A DNA stretch of 64,000 nucleotides from Callorhinchus milii (Eukaryota), in NCBI RefSeq assembly GCF_018977255.1, contig NW_024704742.1, forward strand, positions 31,622,001 to 31,686,000, written 5' to 3'. Shown piece by piece: positions 1 to 13,418 of this stretch. Under the pieces are notes generated by a model, which worked only from the letters and a program-made list of their open reading frames with translations, was not told the DNA's origin and ran no database searches. The stretch's first letter is position 1, and each line of letters starts with the position of its first letter. The position numbers and the translations under genes were made by a program.

Positions 1-635
1 TTCAACTTTGCTGTAGTTATTTCTTATCAATAATGAATATGGTAAACATTTATATTAATGAGCAGATTTGCTGAAGATTTGCTGCCATGAAATATCAAAG
101 ATTGTGTGCTGGCAAAATTAAAGGACACTACAACATGGTATTTTAAATTGTAACCAAAAACGAGATTGTGTTCAGAAAAAAAATGTGTTGAAATCAAAAT
201 CCTATTTATTCCAATATAACAGTGTAATAAAACAAAATAAATTCAAAATGACATTGGTTATGAAATGCAATATTTTTATCCACACCAATTGTAGATTTGA
301 ATCTGCAGGATCACGAGATTGGTTCAGCTGAAGAAAGCCCTTCGGCCCATTGGATTTCACGTTGCGTGTCCAATCCTACATCTGGGGGAGGAGTAAGGTC
401 TCAGGAGATAAGGCGAGACAGTTGATGCTGCTGCTCACTAAAATGGCTTGGACCCTAATGAGCAGCCTTAATTAGGGAGTACACAGTCTGAAGAAGTGCG
501 GACAATTGAGGACCTCTATTATTGAAAGAAAATGATCTGATCACAGTACAGGGAAACTCGGTAGATAATTCCTACAAATATACATGTGTATGTGCACCAA
601 CATGTGTATGGCAGGGGTACCTTACATGTTTGGGA

Positions 636-968
636 TACCCTACCTCTCTGACCTCCTCACTCCCCAACTCACCACTGGGGCCTCCACTCGACTGGCACCA
701 GGCTCTTGCTTGTCCCTCGCACCCTCCACTCTACCATCGGAGGTCACGCTTTCAGCGACTATGTCCCAAAACTCTGGAACATTTTCCCTCAATCCCTCCG
801 CCTTGCCCCCTCTCTCCCCTTTTTCAAGTCCTGCCTGAAAACCTTCCTTTTCGACCATGCTCATGGTCACCTCCCCACCCTGGGCTTGGAGTCAGGCTCC
901 GCCAATGTGATGCACTCTGAGATGCTACCCTGCGTGGAGGGCGCTATGCAAGTGCAAGTTGTGTTGTT
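636..968 (+). mobile_element. L2 3' fragment downstream of the IDUA stop codon
   Basis: GGHAFS...LWN...FKSCLKTFLF motif; same subfamily as 57920-58338. Confidence 0.8.
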
Positions 969-1301
969 TTGGCGAATTAGATATTTGCATCAGTTAAATT
1001 TGTATTGCTAATGCCTTTAACTTCAGTGACAACCAGTCTTTTTTGGATTTTCTTTGCCAAACTATCTTTTAAAATCTAGCACAGTTTGCAAGCTTCCATA
1101 TAAAATGTATTGACTGTAAAATACAATTCAAATATTTGTACAAAAGGACAACTTCAAAATAAGGAATATTTTACATTTGCTGTTAAAATGTTTTATGATT
1201 TTGACCATTTGAGTTCTCCTTTAATACATACACACAAAACTATTATTTTCTGAGTCCATCATCGTCATTACAAATATTTTGATTAGAATTTAAAAAAAGA
1301 T

Positions 1302-1396
1302 TTATTCAATATATTTAACAGGGTTTGAATACCCTCCAGTCTTGCCCCAGTAATCCACTGCACGAACTCGGTAGAAACCAGATACTTGTGATCGTT
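1302..1396 (-). CDS. IDUA: IDUA exon 14, coding part (RSQVSGFYRVRAVDYWGKTGGYSNPVKYIE*)
   Basis: gacag acceptor; YRVRAVDYW motif; TAA stop at 1302-1304. Confidence 0.95.
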
Positions 1397-2269
1397 CTGT
1401 CAAAGAAACAAGATCAAGCTCTTGGTCAATTAAAAATTAAAGCTTTTTTTAATTGCTTAAAAAACAGAAAGAGATTTATATAGCATGTACAGCATGAAAC
1501 AGACCATTGACCCAACTAGTCCATGCTAACTCTAACTACTGTTTATACTCCTCCACATGAATAGATAAGAGCGCACAGGATTTAGGATATACACCGATAA
1601 GTATTTCTTATTTCTTATCAACAGTGGTCGAGGCAGAATCCACTTTTGTTTTCAAAAGGGAAATAGTTAAAGGAGTCATCAAGTACAGGGGTATGGGGAA
1701 AGGGCAGTTAAATGGATTGCAATGAAAGGATTGCTCTTAAAGGTGCCAACAAAGACACAATGGGCCGAATAGCCTTCTGTGCCATAATTGTCTATGATTC
1801 CATAGGTTGAAGAGCCTTCTTCATTCGAATAATTTGGGAATTTATTTTTTACACTAAGTTTGTTATCTGAGCTCGAGCAGTAGAATCTCGTGTGAAGGAT
1901 ATTCTTCTGGAATCTGAGAACATACACTTCTCTATCAGGAAAGCTACAATTTATGCCAAGCTACACATGGGCCTCATTGCCTCATACTTTTATCAATGAA
2001 GTAAAAGTGGAAAAGACTTAAGAGGTTACAACAAATAGAATAAAGGAGAAAACCTTAATGCTAATCAAAGGAGGGTTGAAAAGATCAAAATTATGGGATT
2101 TTGTATTGCTTTCATTTCTAAGTTTGATGAATTGATCAAGGATAAAATCTATTGGTGCAGATCAGTACTCTTCCACCAGGGACAGCCTTGTCTCCAGCTA
2201 CTGTGATTTGCCAGCAAACATTTTATGTTTACTTAACTGGAAAATTGAAAATAAACTGAAAGTACTAAC

Positions 2270-2385
2270 CCTTTTTCTTGTTCAGAGGAGAATGTATAAA
2301 CACAGTGAAGATGGTCGCCCTGGAATTGATCCTCTTATACACATCCCCATCGACTGAAAACTCAACTTCAAATGTTTTCAAACAT
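2270..2385 (-). CDS. IDUA: IDUA exon 13 (CLKTFEVEFS...FIHSPLNKKK)
   Basis: tgcag/GTTAGT borders, 116 nt keeps the frame into exon 14. Confidence 0.9.
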
Positions 2386-2397
2386 CTGCATTGAACA

Positions 2398-2544
2398 TCA
2401 AAACAGTACAGTCACCACACTCAGTCTGCAACACCACATTCAAAACAGGACAGTTAGCGCACTGACTGTAACCACATTCAAAACGAGACAGATAACCTAC
2501 TAAGTCTGCAATACCAGAATCAAAACAAGATAGTTAACGCACAC
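2398..2544. repeat. Degenerate minisatellite, ~3.6 units of 38-42 bp starting TCAAAAC
   Basis: TCAAAAC..ACAG..CTG(C/T)AA..CCA recurs four times. Confidence 0.75.
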
Positions 2545-3295
2545 AATTTGTTACACACCCAAATTACAATTAATAGTGATACTCAAAATAAATTTGCCCC
2601 CTTGACAAAGGGATTATCTGTATATTGATATTTCAATTTTTACAAAAAAATTTCTCATAATTTTTCCTGAAAAGATTCAGTGTGATGCCATTTTGCAGAG
2701 CAAAATTCTAGGTAATATCATTTTATCCCATTTTACCATGGCCACTGCATCATGGTTATATATATATATTTATATAAAAATAACTTATTATAGAGAAGAA
2801 AAGTTGGTGACAAAATGCTTCAAATATCTAAAATTTCATAGCATCAACTCATATCCCAATCATACCAATAATGGAATCCATCAACATTTCCTGATGGATA
2901 CCAAATTAAAATACAGCTTATACTACATTTACATTACAACCATGTGGCTGAGACAGCCTTGTGCTTGGTGATTGTCTAACAAAGGCAAGTGATCACCACC
3001 ACATACGTCCGATTACCTTCAGAGGTGAATATTCATCAACCTCAAGAGGCAACAGCACCTGGAGCAATAGAACAAAAAACTCCTCCAGCCTTAGTAGCTG
3101 TCTTACCGTTGTAAATTTTATTTGCATTCTTTGTATAAAGGGAGACTGGGTAAGGTCCACACCCAGAAAATTGCCGCACACCCAATGCAGCAAGCGGGAG
3201 AGGCAAATGAAAGACTGCACCAGTCACCCAATTGCTAACAATGAAGCCACTGTATTTAACTCTCTTCTATATTATAAGCTTTATCAAGTACTCAC

Positions 3296-3372
3296 TTTGA
3301 ATTTACACATCCATCATCCCATAAAACAGCCACTTGACCCAATGTCAAAGGGATGAATCTCACACCTGTTGT
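3296..3372 (-). CDS. IDUA: IDUA exon 12 (TTGVRFIPLTLGQVAVLWDDGCVNS)
   Basis: cacag/GTGAGT borders, 77 nt. Confidence 0.94.
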
Positions 3373-4119
3373 CTGTGAATACAAACAAAGGAATGAGTTG
3401 TAACAATCTTTGACAACACTGTTTCTCCACCCACTAGTCAAATCCTCCTTACATTTACCATAAAGGATCCAATAAGTTAATATTCTTGTGCATAAGTTTT
3501 GCATTTATTAGCTTGACTAACCACAATAGTGACAAGCTACAATATCACTAAATTCTTCGGACATCAAAAATTAAATTTCAGACCCCATTTTTGCTGTTTT
3601 TTAAAGCAAATGCCAGAGACACAGTGACTATGGGATGACAACCCTTCAGCAGAAATGCAATAGGCTTACGTTGAGAACAAGAGAATGATACCTTTAAAAC
3701 ATTGATTTGTTGTAAAAATACTGTCATGAAGACAAAATGAACATTTATATAATTTTGCATTTATGACTATAATAGAAAAGCCCCACTCAAATTCTTCTTT
3801 TAAAAATCTGTTCTTAAACTGTACATAGAGATCAGCTAAACTACTGTGATGATACGAAAGGAAAAGACAACATAGATCAATATTTACCACATAACTACAA
3901 TCCATATCACAATCCTGTGTAAACCAGCTAGAACATTAGAACATTTTCTTGTAAAATGTTCTCCCATGTAATGAAATCTATAAAAAGCAAACTATGCTGC
4001 ACATAATAAAATATAACTGAATGACTAGGTATAAAAAACGTTAGCTACTTGTCTCTCTATGCTGTCCTTTCAAGTCACATTTAGTACTCAGAAAATGGAA
4101 CTCCATATTAGTTTACGAA

Positions 4120-4720
4120 GCTTTACAATGAAAATACAGCACTGAAACAGACCACTCGGCCCAACCAGTCTGTGCTGGTGTTTATAATCTAGACGAGTCT
4201 CCACCCATTCCTTCATTTGGTCCCATAATCTTCTATTCCCGTCTCCTGCATGTGAAAGTCTAGTTTCCTCTTGAATGTATCTGTACTATTTGATTCAACC
4301 ACCACTTCAGGCAGCAAGTTCAAAATCTCAATTCCACAACCTTCTGCGTGAAATAATTTCTCCTAAATTCTCTTTTTGATCTTACGGACTCCCCAGCCAG
4401 TGGAAGCAGCCTATTGATGTCAACCTTATTGAACTCTTTTATAATTTTAAATACTTCTCTTAGGTCCTCCCTTAAATGTTCTTCTCTAGTGAAAAAAGGC
4501 CTGACCTATGCAGTCTATCCTGATAGCAGTAACCTGCCAGCCCTGGTATCATCCTCATAAACCTATTCTGTACGCTTTCCATCACTGCTATATCCTTCCT
4601 AAAAGTCTGGAGACGAGAAATGGACACAGTACTCCAAATATGATCCAACCAAGATTTTGTATAAATTCACCATCACCTCCACAATTTTATATTCTATCCC
4701 TCTGGATATAAAGCCCATTA
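4120..4720 (-). mobile_element. Old CR1-type LINE 3' fragment
   Basis: Homologous to degenerate CR1 3'-end fragments at ~1620-1800, ~9030-9350, ~19860-20140 and ~45940-46150. Confidence 0.6.
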
Positions 4721-5029
4721 ACTGCTATATTATTGATTGAAATCAATATATACATGGAATAAGAAGTAAATGACAACCATACAGTTTATAAGGTGTAAGT
4801 GACAACTCTTCAATTGATCACTGCTTTGCAATTCGATTACAAATCGCCACTGCAATAGTATTGGCAAATGTTACAGACTACTGTTTCAAATACATCAATG
4901 TGTACGTAAATTTGAGATTGTACAACAAGATTTCATTTGTGTATTAAATAATACCTTTCAAAATGTAAGTGAAATGACCATCTACTGATCTGGCAAGAGT
5001 GATTTAATTTGAAAATGTCAGATTATAAC

Positions 5030-5155
5030 CTGCTTTGGAGGTTCATAAGGCTTTGCACAGATGTGCAAGAGATACACTGAGGGAACAGGAAGCTGCAGTT
5101 TCAAAGTCAAGTTGCCTTCTAGAGGGAATGGTATTGGCCCCTCTATCACAGGATC
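5030..5155 (-). CDS. IDUA: IDUA exon 11 (DPVIEGPIPFP...PSVYLLHICAKPYEPPKQ)
   Basis: attag/GTTATA borders, 126 nt. Confidence 0.95.
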
Positions 5156-5510
5156 CTAATTGAAACAAAATTACAGGTTACTCAATGCACCAGTGTGCAG
5201 ATTACATTTCAAAGTACACAAGAAACACATATGCAAAACTTAATTTTAGTATGCTTTCAATGGTGATAATTATAGGTTTCAAATCCATCAAACCATTTCT
5301 TAATCCTTAATATTCCCAATATAAACATTAATAACTAATTGCGTATCAGTATTATTATTATTATTATAGTGAAAGAAAAATCTGTGTGTTGAATGCTATC
5401 ATTCATTGGAACCTGTTACACCATCCTGTTTTACCTCACCTCACTGCTCAAGAGGGTTGGCAAAAGCTATTTCATTTTCCTAAATCTCTACTTTTAATCA
5501 CTAACCATAC

Positions 5511-5632
5511 CTCCATTCCTCTGATACTGCAAAACTGCTCCACTGTGGGGAAAACAGGGCTTCCCAGATTCTTCCACTGCTGGTATGGATTGGTATCCTT
5601 GTTGTCCAGGTGGTAGATGACATACACAAGCT
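5511..5632 (-). CDS. IDUA: IDUA exon 10 (LVYVIYHLDN...LGSPVFPTVEQF...ME)
   Basis: tttag/GTATGG borders, 122 nt. Confidence 0.95.
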
Positions 5633-6192
5633 CTAAAGAAAGATTAAAATTGAATGGAAAGCAATCAGTTTTGTAATGCCCTCTGGAAAGGAAGACATCA
5701 GTGTGTACTCTGTAGTTTTAGTTTACAATTTACCACAGATTTTTGGTCCATGAAATTAAATATGAAATTAAATTAAATTCTAATTGTGACTCCACAATTC
5801 TAGAAGGTTTAACAGCTAAGGATTAGAAACCTCCAACTAATTTTATCCTTCTTAGACTCTGCTTTATAATCAATAAGTAATGGTATTACCACATGCTGCT
5901 ACTATATTTCAACCCAGCTCACCCAACAAGTCACCGCATGTTTTGAGGGCATTTATCACGAGTTTTGGTTTGAGAGTAAGACTCAAATGCAAGAAAATAT
6001 TGGCCTAAGTTGTACTTTAACTTTTAGACTGCCATAGGAATTCCAGTCTTAGTATGTTGTCAGTTCAAGTACTGTAACTATTAAAGTAAAAAGTTGCTTA
6101 AACATCAGGGTAGTTTTACTACTACAATAATTCTAAAATACTATTTTGAGTAAAAAAAATTATTTCCCGAGTTTGCCTATAAAGTATAGTCA

Positions 6193-7125
6193 CTACAACA
6201 ACAAACAACAAAATTAGATTTGTATAGCGCTTTTCACATTGGGAGAACGTCGCAAGGCGCTGGACAATCAGTGCTTCGGATCCGAGCTGGGGGTCGGGAT
6301 CGGGGAGGGTGGAGAGCAAAGGGGGAAGGAGGGTGACCGAAGACACGGTCGAAGAGGAGGGTCTTGAGACGGGTCTTGAAGGAGGCAAGGGGGCGACGCA
6401 GAGGGACTGTGGAATGGAGTTCCAGAGGGAGGGGGCAGAGTGGCAGAAGGCCCGTCCACCAATGGGGAGGGCGAGGTGTGGGACGTGAGCCTGCTGAGCA
6501 GAGGGAGTGGGCAGGGTGGTAGGGGGTTAGGAGGTTGCAGAGGTAGGAGGGAGCAAGACGATGGAGGGCTTTGAAGGTGAGAATCAGGATCCTGAACTGT
6601 ATACTCTGTGTGATGGGAAGCCAGTGGAGTCGGATGAGGATGGGAGTGATGAGGTCGCGGAGCCTGGTGTGGGAGAGGACTTGGGCTGCAGTGTTCTGGA
6701 TGATCTGCAGCCTATGGAGGGAGGAGTTGGCGAGGCCGACAAGCAGGAAGTTTGCGTAGTCGAGCTGGATGTTATGAATGCTTGCAAGAGGATTCGGTGG
6801 CTGCGGTATGAGACAGTATGGAGCCGGGCAATGCAGATGTGGGGGAAGGCAGAGCGGGACATGGCAAGAATCTGGGTAGAAAGGAGTTGAGGGTCAAACA
6901 AGACGCCAAGGTTCTGGACTGGTTTAGTAAGATGGAGTGTGCATCCATGGATGGTGATGCTGTCAGTGCCTGAGGGGTGGAGGCGCTGACAGGAGCCAAT
7001 CAGGAGAGCCCCTGTGTTGTTGACGTTCAACTGTAGAAAGTTGGCTCTCATCCATTCTGTCAGGACAACAATGGTCCTGGAGTTGAGGGTGGAGGCAGAG
7101 AGATAGAGTTGGGTGTCATCCTTAC
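6193..7125 (-). mobile_element. L2-clade LINE 3' fragment
   Basis: DDTQLY and [10 protein letters not shown] on the minus strand; (CAA)n tail on the plus strand. Confidence 0.88.
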
Positions 7126-7221
7126 AGTAAGTGCCCTGTGAAGCGCTCTGAGACATTTTGAAGATGTGAAATTGAGCTATATCAAATTAAAGGATTATTA
7201 TTTGTACATAACATAATTTAC

Positions 7222-7437
7222 CTGATTGGATGGGAAAATTGGTCAGGTTGACTGTCACCAAGCTAATGTTGGAGGATGTCTGATTGTCATCACTGTTGTA
7301 AATGAGTACCGTGGACTGCCAACTATCTGATGTATCTGAATTTAAAGGCATGTGAGAACTTGCCAGTGCTCCCAAAGTGCTGTTCCAATCTACAGCTTGT
7401 CCACTGAGTAATATTTCTACAGCAAGTTGTTTCTCAC
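7222..7437 (-). CDS. IDUA: IDUA exon 9 (GEKQLAVE...VLIYNSDD...NFPIQS)
   Basis: tacag/GTAAAT borders, 216 nt, frame preserved. Confidence 0.94.
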
Positions 7438-10087
7438 CTGTATAAGAAAGAGAACAATGTAGAAATCTTTGGTTATTACAATCCTAGTGAACCACCACAG
7501 AACATATTTTGCCCCATTTAGACATAGGATTAAATTACAAAATAAGACTAACTGAATGATATCAAGAAAAAGAATGGTTGTCAATGTTTAAAGAACATTC
7601 TCTCCTAACAAAACCACCATCAAAGTTTTGAAATTTGGCAAATTATAATCAAAAATGGTTATCCTCAACTATTTTCTGGATATAGAACATATGTTCTCAG
7701 TATCATTTCCATAGTATAGCACTGATGAATATTATTTACAATTTAATAGTTCTTTTTGAGGTAGAGTCATGTTACGAATAATGTTGCTCGTCTCTAAATT
7801 AAGAAACATCTATTTTTAATTATTTTAATACACTAAATCTACAGGTTCAAACACAAATCTCCTATCATAGCACCATCCAAGAACTGCTGTGGAAGTCCCC
7901 TGAAGTGGCAGATAAACAACAGGCAGCATTTGAATCTTGAATCCAATGAGAATAATAATAGAATTGTATGGATTCATTATTTTCTGCTCAACCCCCATGA
8001 TCAACTGACCCTCTCCTGCCCATAATTTGGCAAACATCATCCTGAACTAAGAACATTAGTTGGACACATCATAAAATGGCTAGTGTAGAAAGTAACAATT
8101 CACACTAATGTAATGTAGTCATTTTACAAGCACTTTTATGTTCTAATTGGATTTATGGATTAAGTTACTTCCCAACTTTTTGTTTGGTAATATCTTCATA
8201 TTTTCTTGAACAGTACATTATCAGTTACGTAGTACTTGTCTATTATATAATTCCCCCCACTATCCAAATAAAATCTGACATGTGATTTCATCTGTAACCT
8301 TTCCAGTGCCCTTCTCTAGGTTTTACAGCTGAAGAGGATTAATCGCCATTTCAATCCGTAATATCCCATTCAGTTATAAGATTATCACATTAACCCTTTA
8401 ACAAAGTTGTCAGCAAATTATCCACCTTTTTAAGCCATGGTGAAAATTGCTGATAATCAATTGGAGCATTTTTCAATGTTCCTCTGATTTTGGACTTCTT
8501 CAGATTATAGTTCTTTGATTTTGAGCGTATTCACCTCATTCTCTCCAATACCTATGACTGAGAAGGTAAGCAACTTACACAAGGGGTTACTGTACCATTA
8601 AACATAAAAGTGCTTGTGAAGAGTTGCCAAGCTCCAGTACACACAACCTATTATATATAGTCTTGTTCATGTAGGTAAACAAATTCCTGTCCAGCACTAT
8701 CTCATGCTTATAAAGTCATTCCAACAAATTTATCATCATTGTTGAAAATCACTACGAGAAATCACTTTTGAGAAGTGTTCAACCATTTTATTTAGTGAAC
8801 TGTCAGTTACCTAAACTGAAAGGCTGATCCTCAGAAGATACTGCACAAAGAGAAAAACAGTGAATGAACTGAATAGCCTCTTATTTTTAACAGCAGGAAT
8901 AGGTTATCAGGAATGGTAGTAAGATGCCATAACACTGGACTTATTTAGAAAAAACACTTGTAGCTGTATTAGGAAAATGACAGAATGCGTAATCTGAAAG
9001 GATGAGATCAAATGGGCAGAGAGGTTCACCTCAGTCACAAGATTAAAAGTGAGGTTCAGGTAAAGAAGGCCCTTCGGCTCATTTGATCTTCCCATCCTTT
9101 CATTGTACCTACTGTTTTTTTATACTATTCCAAACTCCTGGCCTCAACCACTCTTCCCCATAACCGGTTTCAGTCATTAACTACCCTCTTGGTAAAGAAA
9201 TACTTCCTGGTGTGTGTCCTGAAATTGCCCTTTGCAATCCGAAGGCTATGTCCTCTTTTCGTACTGTTTCGGTGTTGTCTGAAAGTGTGTTTACTTTCTC
9301 AATCCTGGTTAAAATTGTATATACCTTCATAAGGTTCCTTCATTGATACTCCAAAAGATGAATATAAAATTATAATTGATGTATAAAGAGTTCTAGTCAT
9401 TTTACTTCTTTGCTGTTAAACAAGCTTAAACGTTTTAAAACTATTTTCCACAATTCTAGAGGACTTATAACACAACATCCAATAAACCCAGGCAAATAAA
9501 ATAAGTACATCACATTAACATAAAGAATATATAGTTTGGTTAATCCATTAATAAAATGTCATGTTTTTACTTCTTAGCAGGGACTTTAACAATTGAGAAA
9601 AATGTGTCTTATTATTTCTCTATGATGCTGGATAGATAATTATTTCAGGTATTACTCAGTATTATATTTAGAAGTAAATTGCATTCTAAGAAAGGGACTT
9701 TTCTTTACCATTTCTGGCACCAATTAAATTTCATCCAACAAATCATTCAAAAATTAATAAATCAAATACAAGGACTATTATATTATATAAGGTTGTGATC
9801 AGAGAGGGGTTCTTTGAAAACCTTTTTTAAAGTTTTGGAATAAGAATGGACTAATTATATGTGTAAGTGTATAAGTCTCACACCAAATGTGATCTGTTCT
9901 GCAGCTATTTCCTTTCCATATGAGGTACTGCATGCACTGGGAGATGTGCTATAGTCACAGAATAAGAACACTGGGACAAGAAGAGGCCATTTGACCTACC
10001 AAACCCAAACTACCATTTTGTTAACTCATGGCATTTCTACCTTTCTAATAGTATGTCCCTTTCCTTTCTCCATCTCTCTAAATACCT

Positions 10088-10455
10088 TTACAACAACAAG
10101 ATTCCATTTAATGAGCGCCTTTCACATCAGGAGGACGACCCAAGGCGCTGGACAGTTGGGTCAGGACCCGAGCAGGGGGGAAATGGTCAGGGTGAGGGGA
10201 GGGAAGGGAGGGAGCGAGGAGGGGGTAGAGAGTCGAGAGGGGAGCTGAAGGCTCGGTCAAAGAGAAAGGTCTTGAGACCAGCCTTGAGGGAGGAAAGGGA
10301 GGAGGCGGCGAAGCCACTGGGGGATAGAGTTCCAGAGCCTCGGGGCTGAGAGGCTGAAGGCCCGGCCACCGATGGTAGGGCGGTTGGGGCGGGGGATGTG
10401 GAGCAGACCGGAGCCAGAGGAACGGAGGGTACGGGCAGGTAGATAGGGGGTTTAC
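10088..10455 (-). mobile_element. Young L2 3'-end copy
   Basis: Near-identical to 16367-16740 and, inverted, to 13158-13418. Confidence 0.85.
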
Positions 10456-11229
10456 ATGCTACATACTCATCTATCTTCCTATTAAACATCACATCACCTT
10501 TTGAATCAATGCAATCCATATCTGTATGACTTTCTGTGTGAAGAAATGTTTTCCAGATTTACTTTTAACTGGTTTATCTCTGAGTTTAGAATTGTGGCTA
10601 CTGTACCCACCATACACTGGCCTTAATCACATTGTAAATAGCTTAAAGTGACAATATCCTCTCTCAAAATTCAGAAACACCCAGCCACATAACCCTCTCT
10701 GGCCCCGGGCAGACCTGGAATGGTCCATTAAAAATGCTAAATGTTAGAAAATAAATGCATGCAAACCTATATTATATGCATTACAAAACAGATCTCAAAA
10801 TGTGTACTTCGGGACCTTTCTGCTCATGCATGAATAATTGCTGGTAAACAGTGTTTTATCTTTTCAAGTACACAAGGGCTGAAAACATGCTGCTATCAAA
10901 CTGAACCACATTTTCAGTACATTTAGTTAGAACATGCATTGTGATGCAAAAGGTTTTTGCCTCTCAGTAACCGTGAAATGATCCGAATGCTGATGTGGTG
11001 GGGTACTGTAAATATTTGATGGGTTAGGTCAAGGTTAAAGCTTAAATCTAGAGAAAAAATACCACAGAAATAATTTTGAAGATTAACCCTAAAAGTGTCC
11101 ATCAACAAAAAGAGTACTGTTGTGGGTTCTGGCGTGAATAGTCACTTTAAATACTGATTATGTGAATAGCTTACCATAAATGTAGAGACTTAACACAAGC
11201 AGACATCTTAAGGAGGTTTTTCTACTTAC

Positions 11230-11443
11230 CCAATAATCCCAATAATCCCATTACTGTGAGCACTGGTTTACGAACCATCTGTACATGGGGAGGCTTTGTG
11301 TTGTTCATTTGAAACCTTGCATTCAGAGTTCTCTGTGTAAAGTAATTTGGGTAGTAGTTCAGGAAAGCATTGTCGTTGCTAAGTAATGCAAAGTTGAAGT
11401 TTAGTGGATTGGCCATCAGCAGATTTTGGTGCTGTGCTATTAC
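11230..11443 (-). CDS. IDUA: IDUA exon 8 (VIAQHQNLL...LSNDNAFL...[13 protein letters not shown]...MGLLGLL)
   Basis: aag acceptor, GTAAGT donor, 214 nt, inside ORF 11222-11500. Confidence 0.96.
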
Positions 11444-11607
11444 CTTGTAGAAAACAAAGCAAAAACAGGTCAGCCAAAGGTTATGACTTGATAGGCTCAA
11501 TTAAATCTCTGCAACAGTCATCAATTAGGAATAGTAAAGGGGTAGAGCACATCCAAGAATAGGATTCTACATGCAATAAAATAAATTTGAATAGATTGAT
11601 CTACGTC

Positions 11608-11890
11608 CTCCATCCTTCGGATGAAGCATTAAACCGAGGCCCCATCTGTCTGTTCAGGTGGATGTTAAAGATCCCATGGCACTATTTGAAAAGGGAGTTT
11701 CTCCTAGTGTCCTGGCTAACAGTCCCCCAAATGGTCACTCACTCCATGGATGTTCGTGGGAGATTGCTGCGTGCAACTGGCTGCCATGTTTTGCCCACAA
11801 AATATACAGTCAATCAATATATCCTGTGAAGCGCTTTGATATGTCACAACAATGTGATAAGGCGCTATATCAAATGCAAGAATTATTATT
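11608..11890 (+). mobile_element. Deu-domain-type SINE (SacSINE1/AmnSINE-like core)
   Basis: CGGATGAAGCATTAAACCGAGGCCCC...TTCAGGTGGATGTTAAAGATCCCATGGCACTATTTGAA core, then the L2-type tail; family name from recall. Confidence 0.72.
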
Positions 11891-12156
11891 TTGTCTGCTT
11901 TTGTAAGGTTCATGAGGCCAGAGCTCTTTTTACATAAAATATATATTGGCAGGTATGTTGCACGTGTGGCAAGTGATGATAGATGATTAATGCTGTGCCC
12001 ACAGTTGTTTACCTTATACATTAATGATCTTGACTTGGTATAGAAGGGTATATAAGGAAATCCTGTTATAATGTGCTTGTGTGAATCCAAAATCTCAGAG
12101 GTCATGTTACGACAAAGCACGGAAAAGATGGCTGATTACTGAATCATCAGCTAAAT

Positions 12157-12435
12157 CAAGCGAGACACCTGGGTTCAATTCCAGGCAGGGCAAAACCTTG
12201 GGCAAGTTTCCTTACTCCACACAGAGCCTAATAATAATCCCTCCAAAACCAAAAACAATAATAAATTGGTCATTTCAATCCACGACTGTTTGTGGGACAC
12301 TGCTGTGCACAATTGGCTGCTGCGTTTCGCCCACAAATATACAGTTAATTCACTTTACAGTCTATTCTGTGAAGCGCTTTGAGACATCGCAAAGTCGTGA
12401 AAAGCGCTATATCAAATGCAAGGATTATTATTATA
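12157..12435 (+). mobile_element. tRNA-derived SINE, 5'-truncated
   Basis: B box, body and tail nearly identical to the 49317 copy. Confidence 0.86.
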
Positions 12436-13157
12436 ATCAGATGTTACTTTCTGTGCATTGCGCAAATGTATGCAAAACACAGAAAGCATCCCTGAGGTCA
12501 ATTACTTTGTGCTGCACATGTGTGATAAAGTGCTGCTGTTATGACTTCTTTCGTGAAATGACAATCACACAGCACTTCCTGCATATAGTACACATATAGG
12601 AAATGACATTAGCAACAATCAGATGATCTAGAAGTTAGCCTTTCTTTACCCAGCCTATTCATCACCAAAAGCAATGTGTACTGCGATTAATGCATGTCCA
12701 CTGCACACCAGTGCTATGAAAGTCAAACCAAAATGGTATTGGGAGATTCATAATGGGGCTTACACTGTATATCCAAGTTTACAAATGAAGAAAAATGCAG
12801 AGGTTTGCAAGAGGTACACATTAAAAGATTAGGCTGACAAGTGGTTAGAATTATGATAAATGCAATTCAGTATAGCCAAATGCGAAGTAAAGCATTATGG
12901 TCATAAAAATTGGAGGTGGAAGTAGATTCTAGAGGGAACAGATTAACAAAGGGTCTTGGGTATATTAGTGAATAAATCACTAAAACAAATACACAAGTAT
13001 AGAGTGCCATTGGCAAGGCAAGTTGAATGCTGGGATTCCAAGCCAAAGGTAAAGAACTTAAAAGCAATGAGGAACTGTTGAAGTTATACAGATCACTGGA
13101 GAGACTGCACTTGAAGTATTAGTTGCAAAATTCAATGCTACATTACACGAAGGTTTA

Positions 13158-13418
13158 TGAACTCCATCCCCCAGTGCCTTCGCCTTGCTTCCTCCCTTTC
13201 CTCCTTCAAGGCCGGTCTCAAGACCTTTTTCTTCAACCGTGCCTTCAGCTCCCCTCTCAACTCTCTACCCCCTCCTCTCTCCCTCCCTTCCCTCCCCTCA
13301 CCCTGACCATTTCCCCCCTGCTCGGGTCCCGATCCAACTGTCCAGCGCCTTGGGACGTCCTCCCGACGTGAAAGGCGCTCTATAAATGCAATCTTGTTGT
13401 TGTTGTTGTTGTTGTTGT
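13158..13418 (+). mobile_element. Young L2 3'-end copy with (TTG)n tail, following a CR1 fragment (~12690-13150)
   Basis: Reverse complement aligns to the 10088 and 16367 copies. Confidence 0.85.

Noticed and set aside
8500..8572. Plus-strand segment bounded by TTCAG and AG|GTAAGC, a possible antisense exon
   Set aside because: No homology or partner exons identifiable; such signals occur by chance
12081..12599. 172-aa ORF and similar ORFs containing KRYIKCKDYYY
   Set aside because: Translations of the SINE consensus, recurring wherever the SINE occurs
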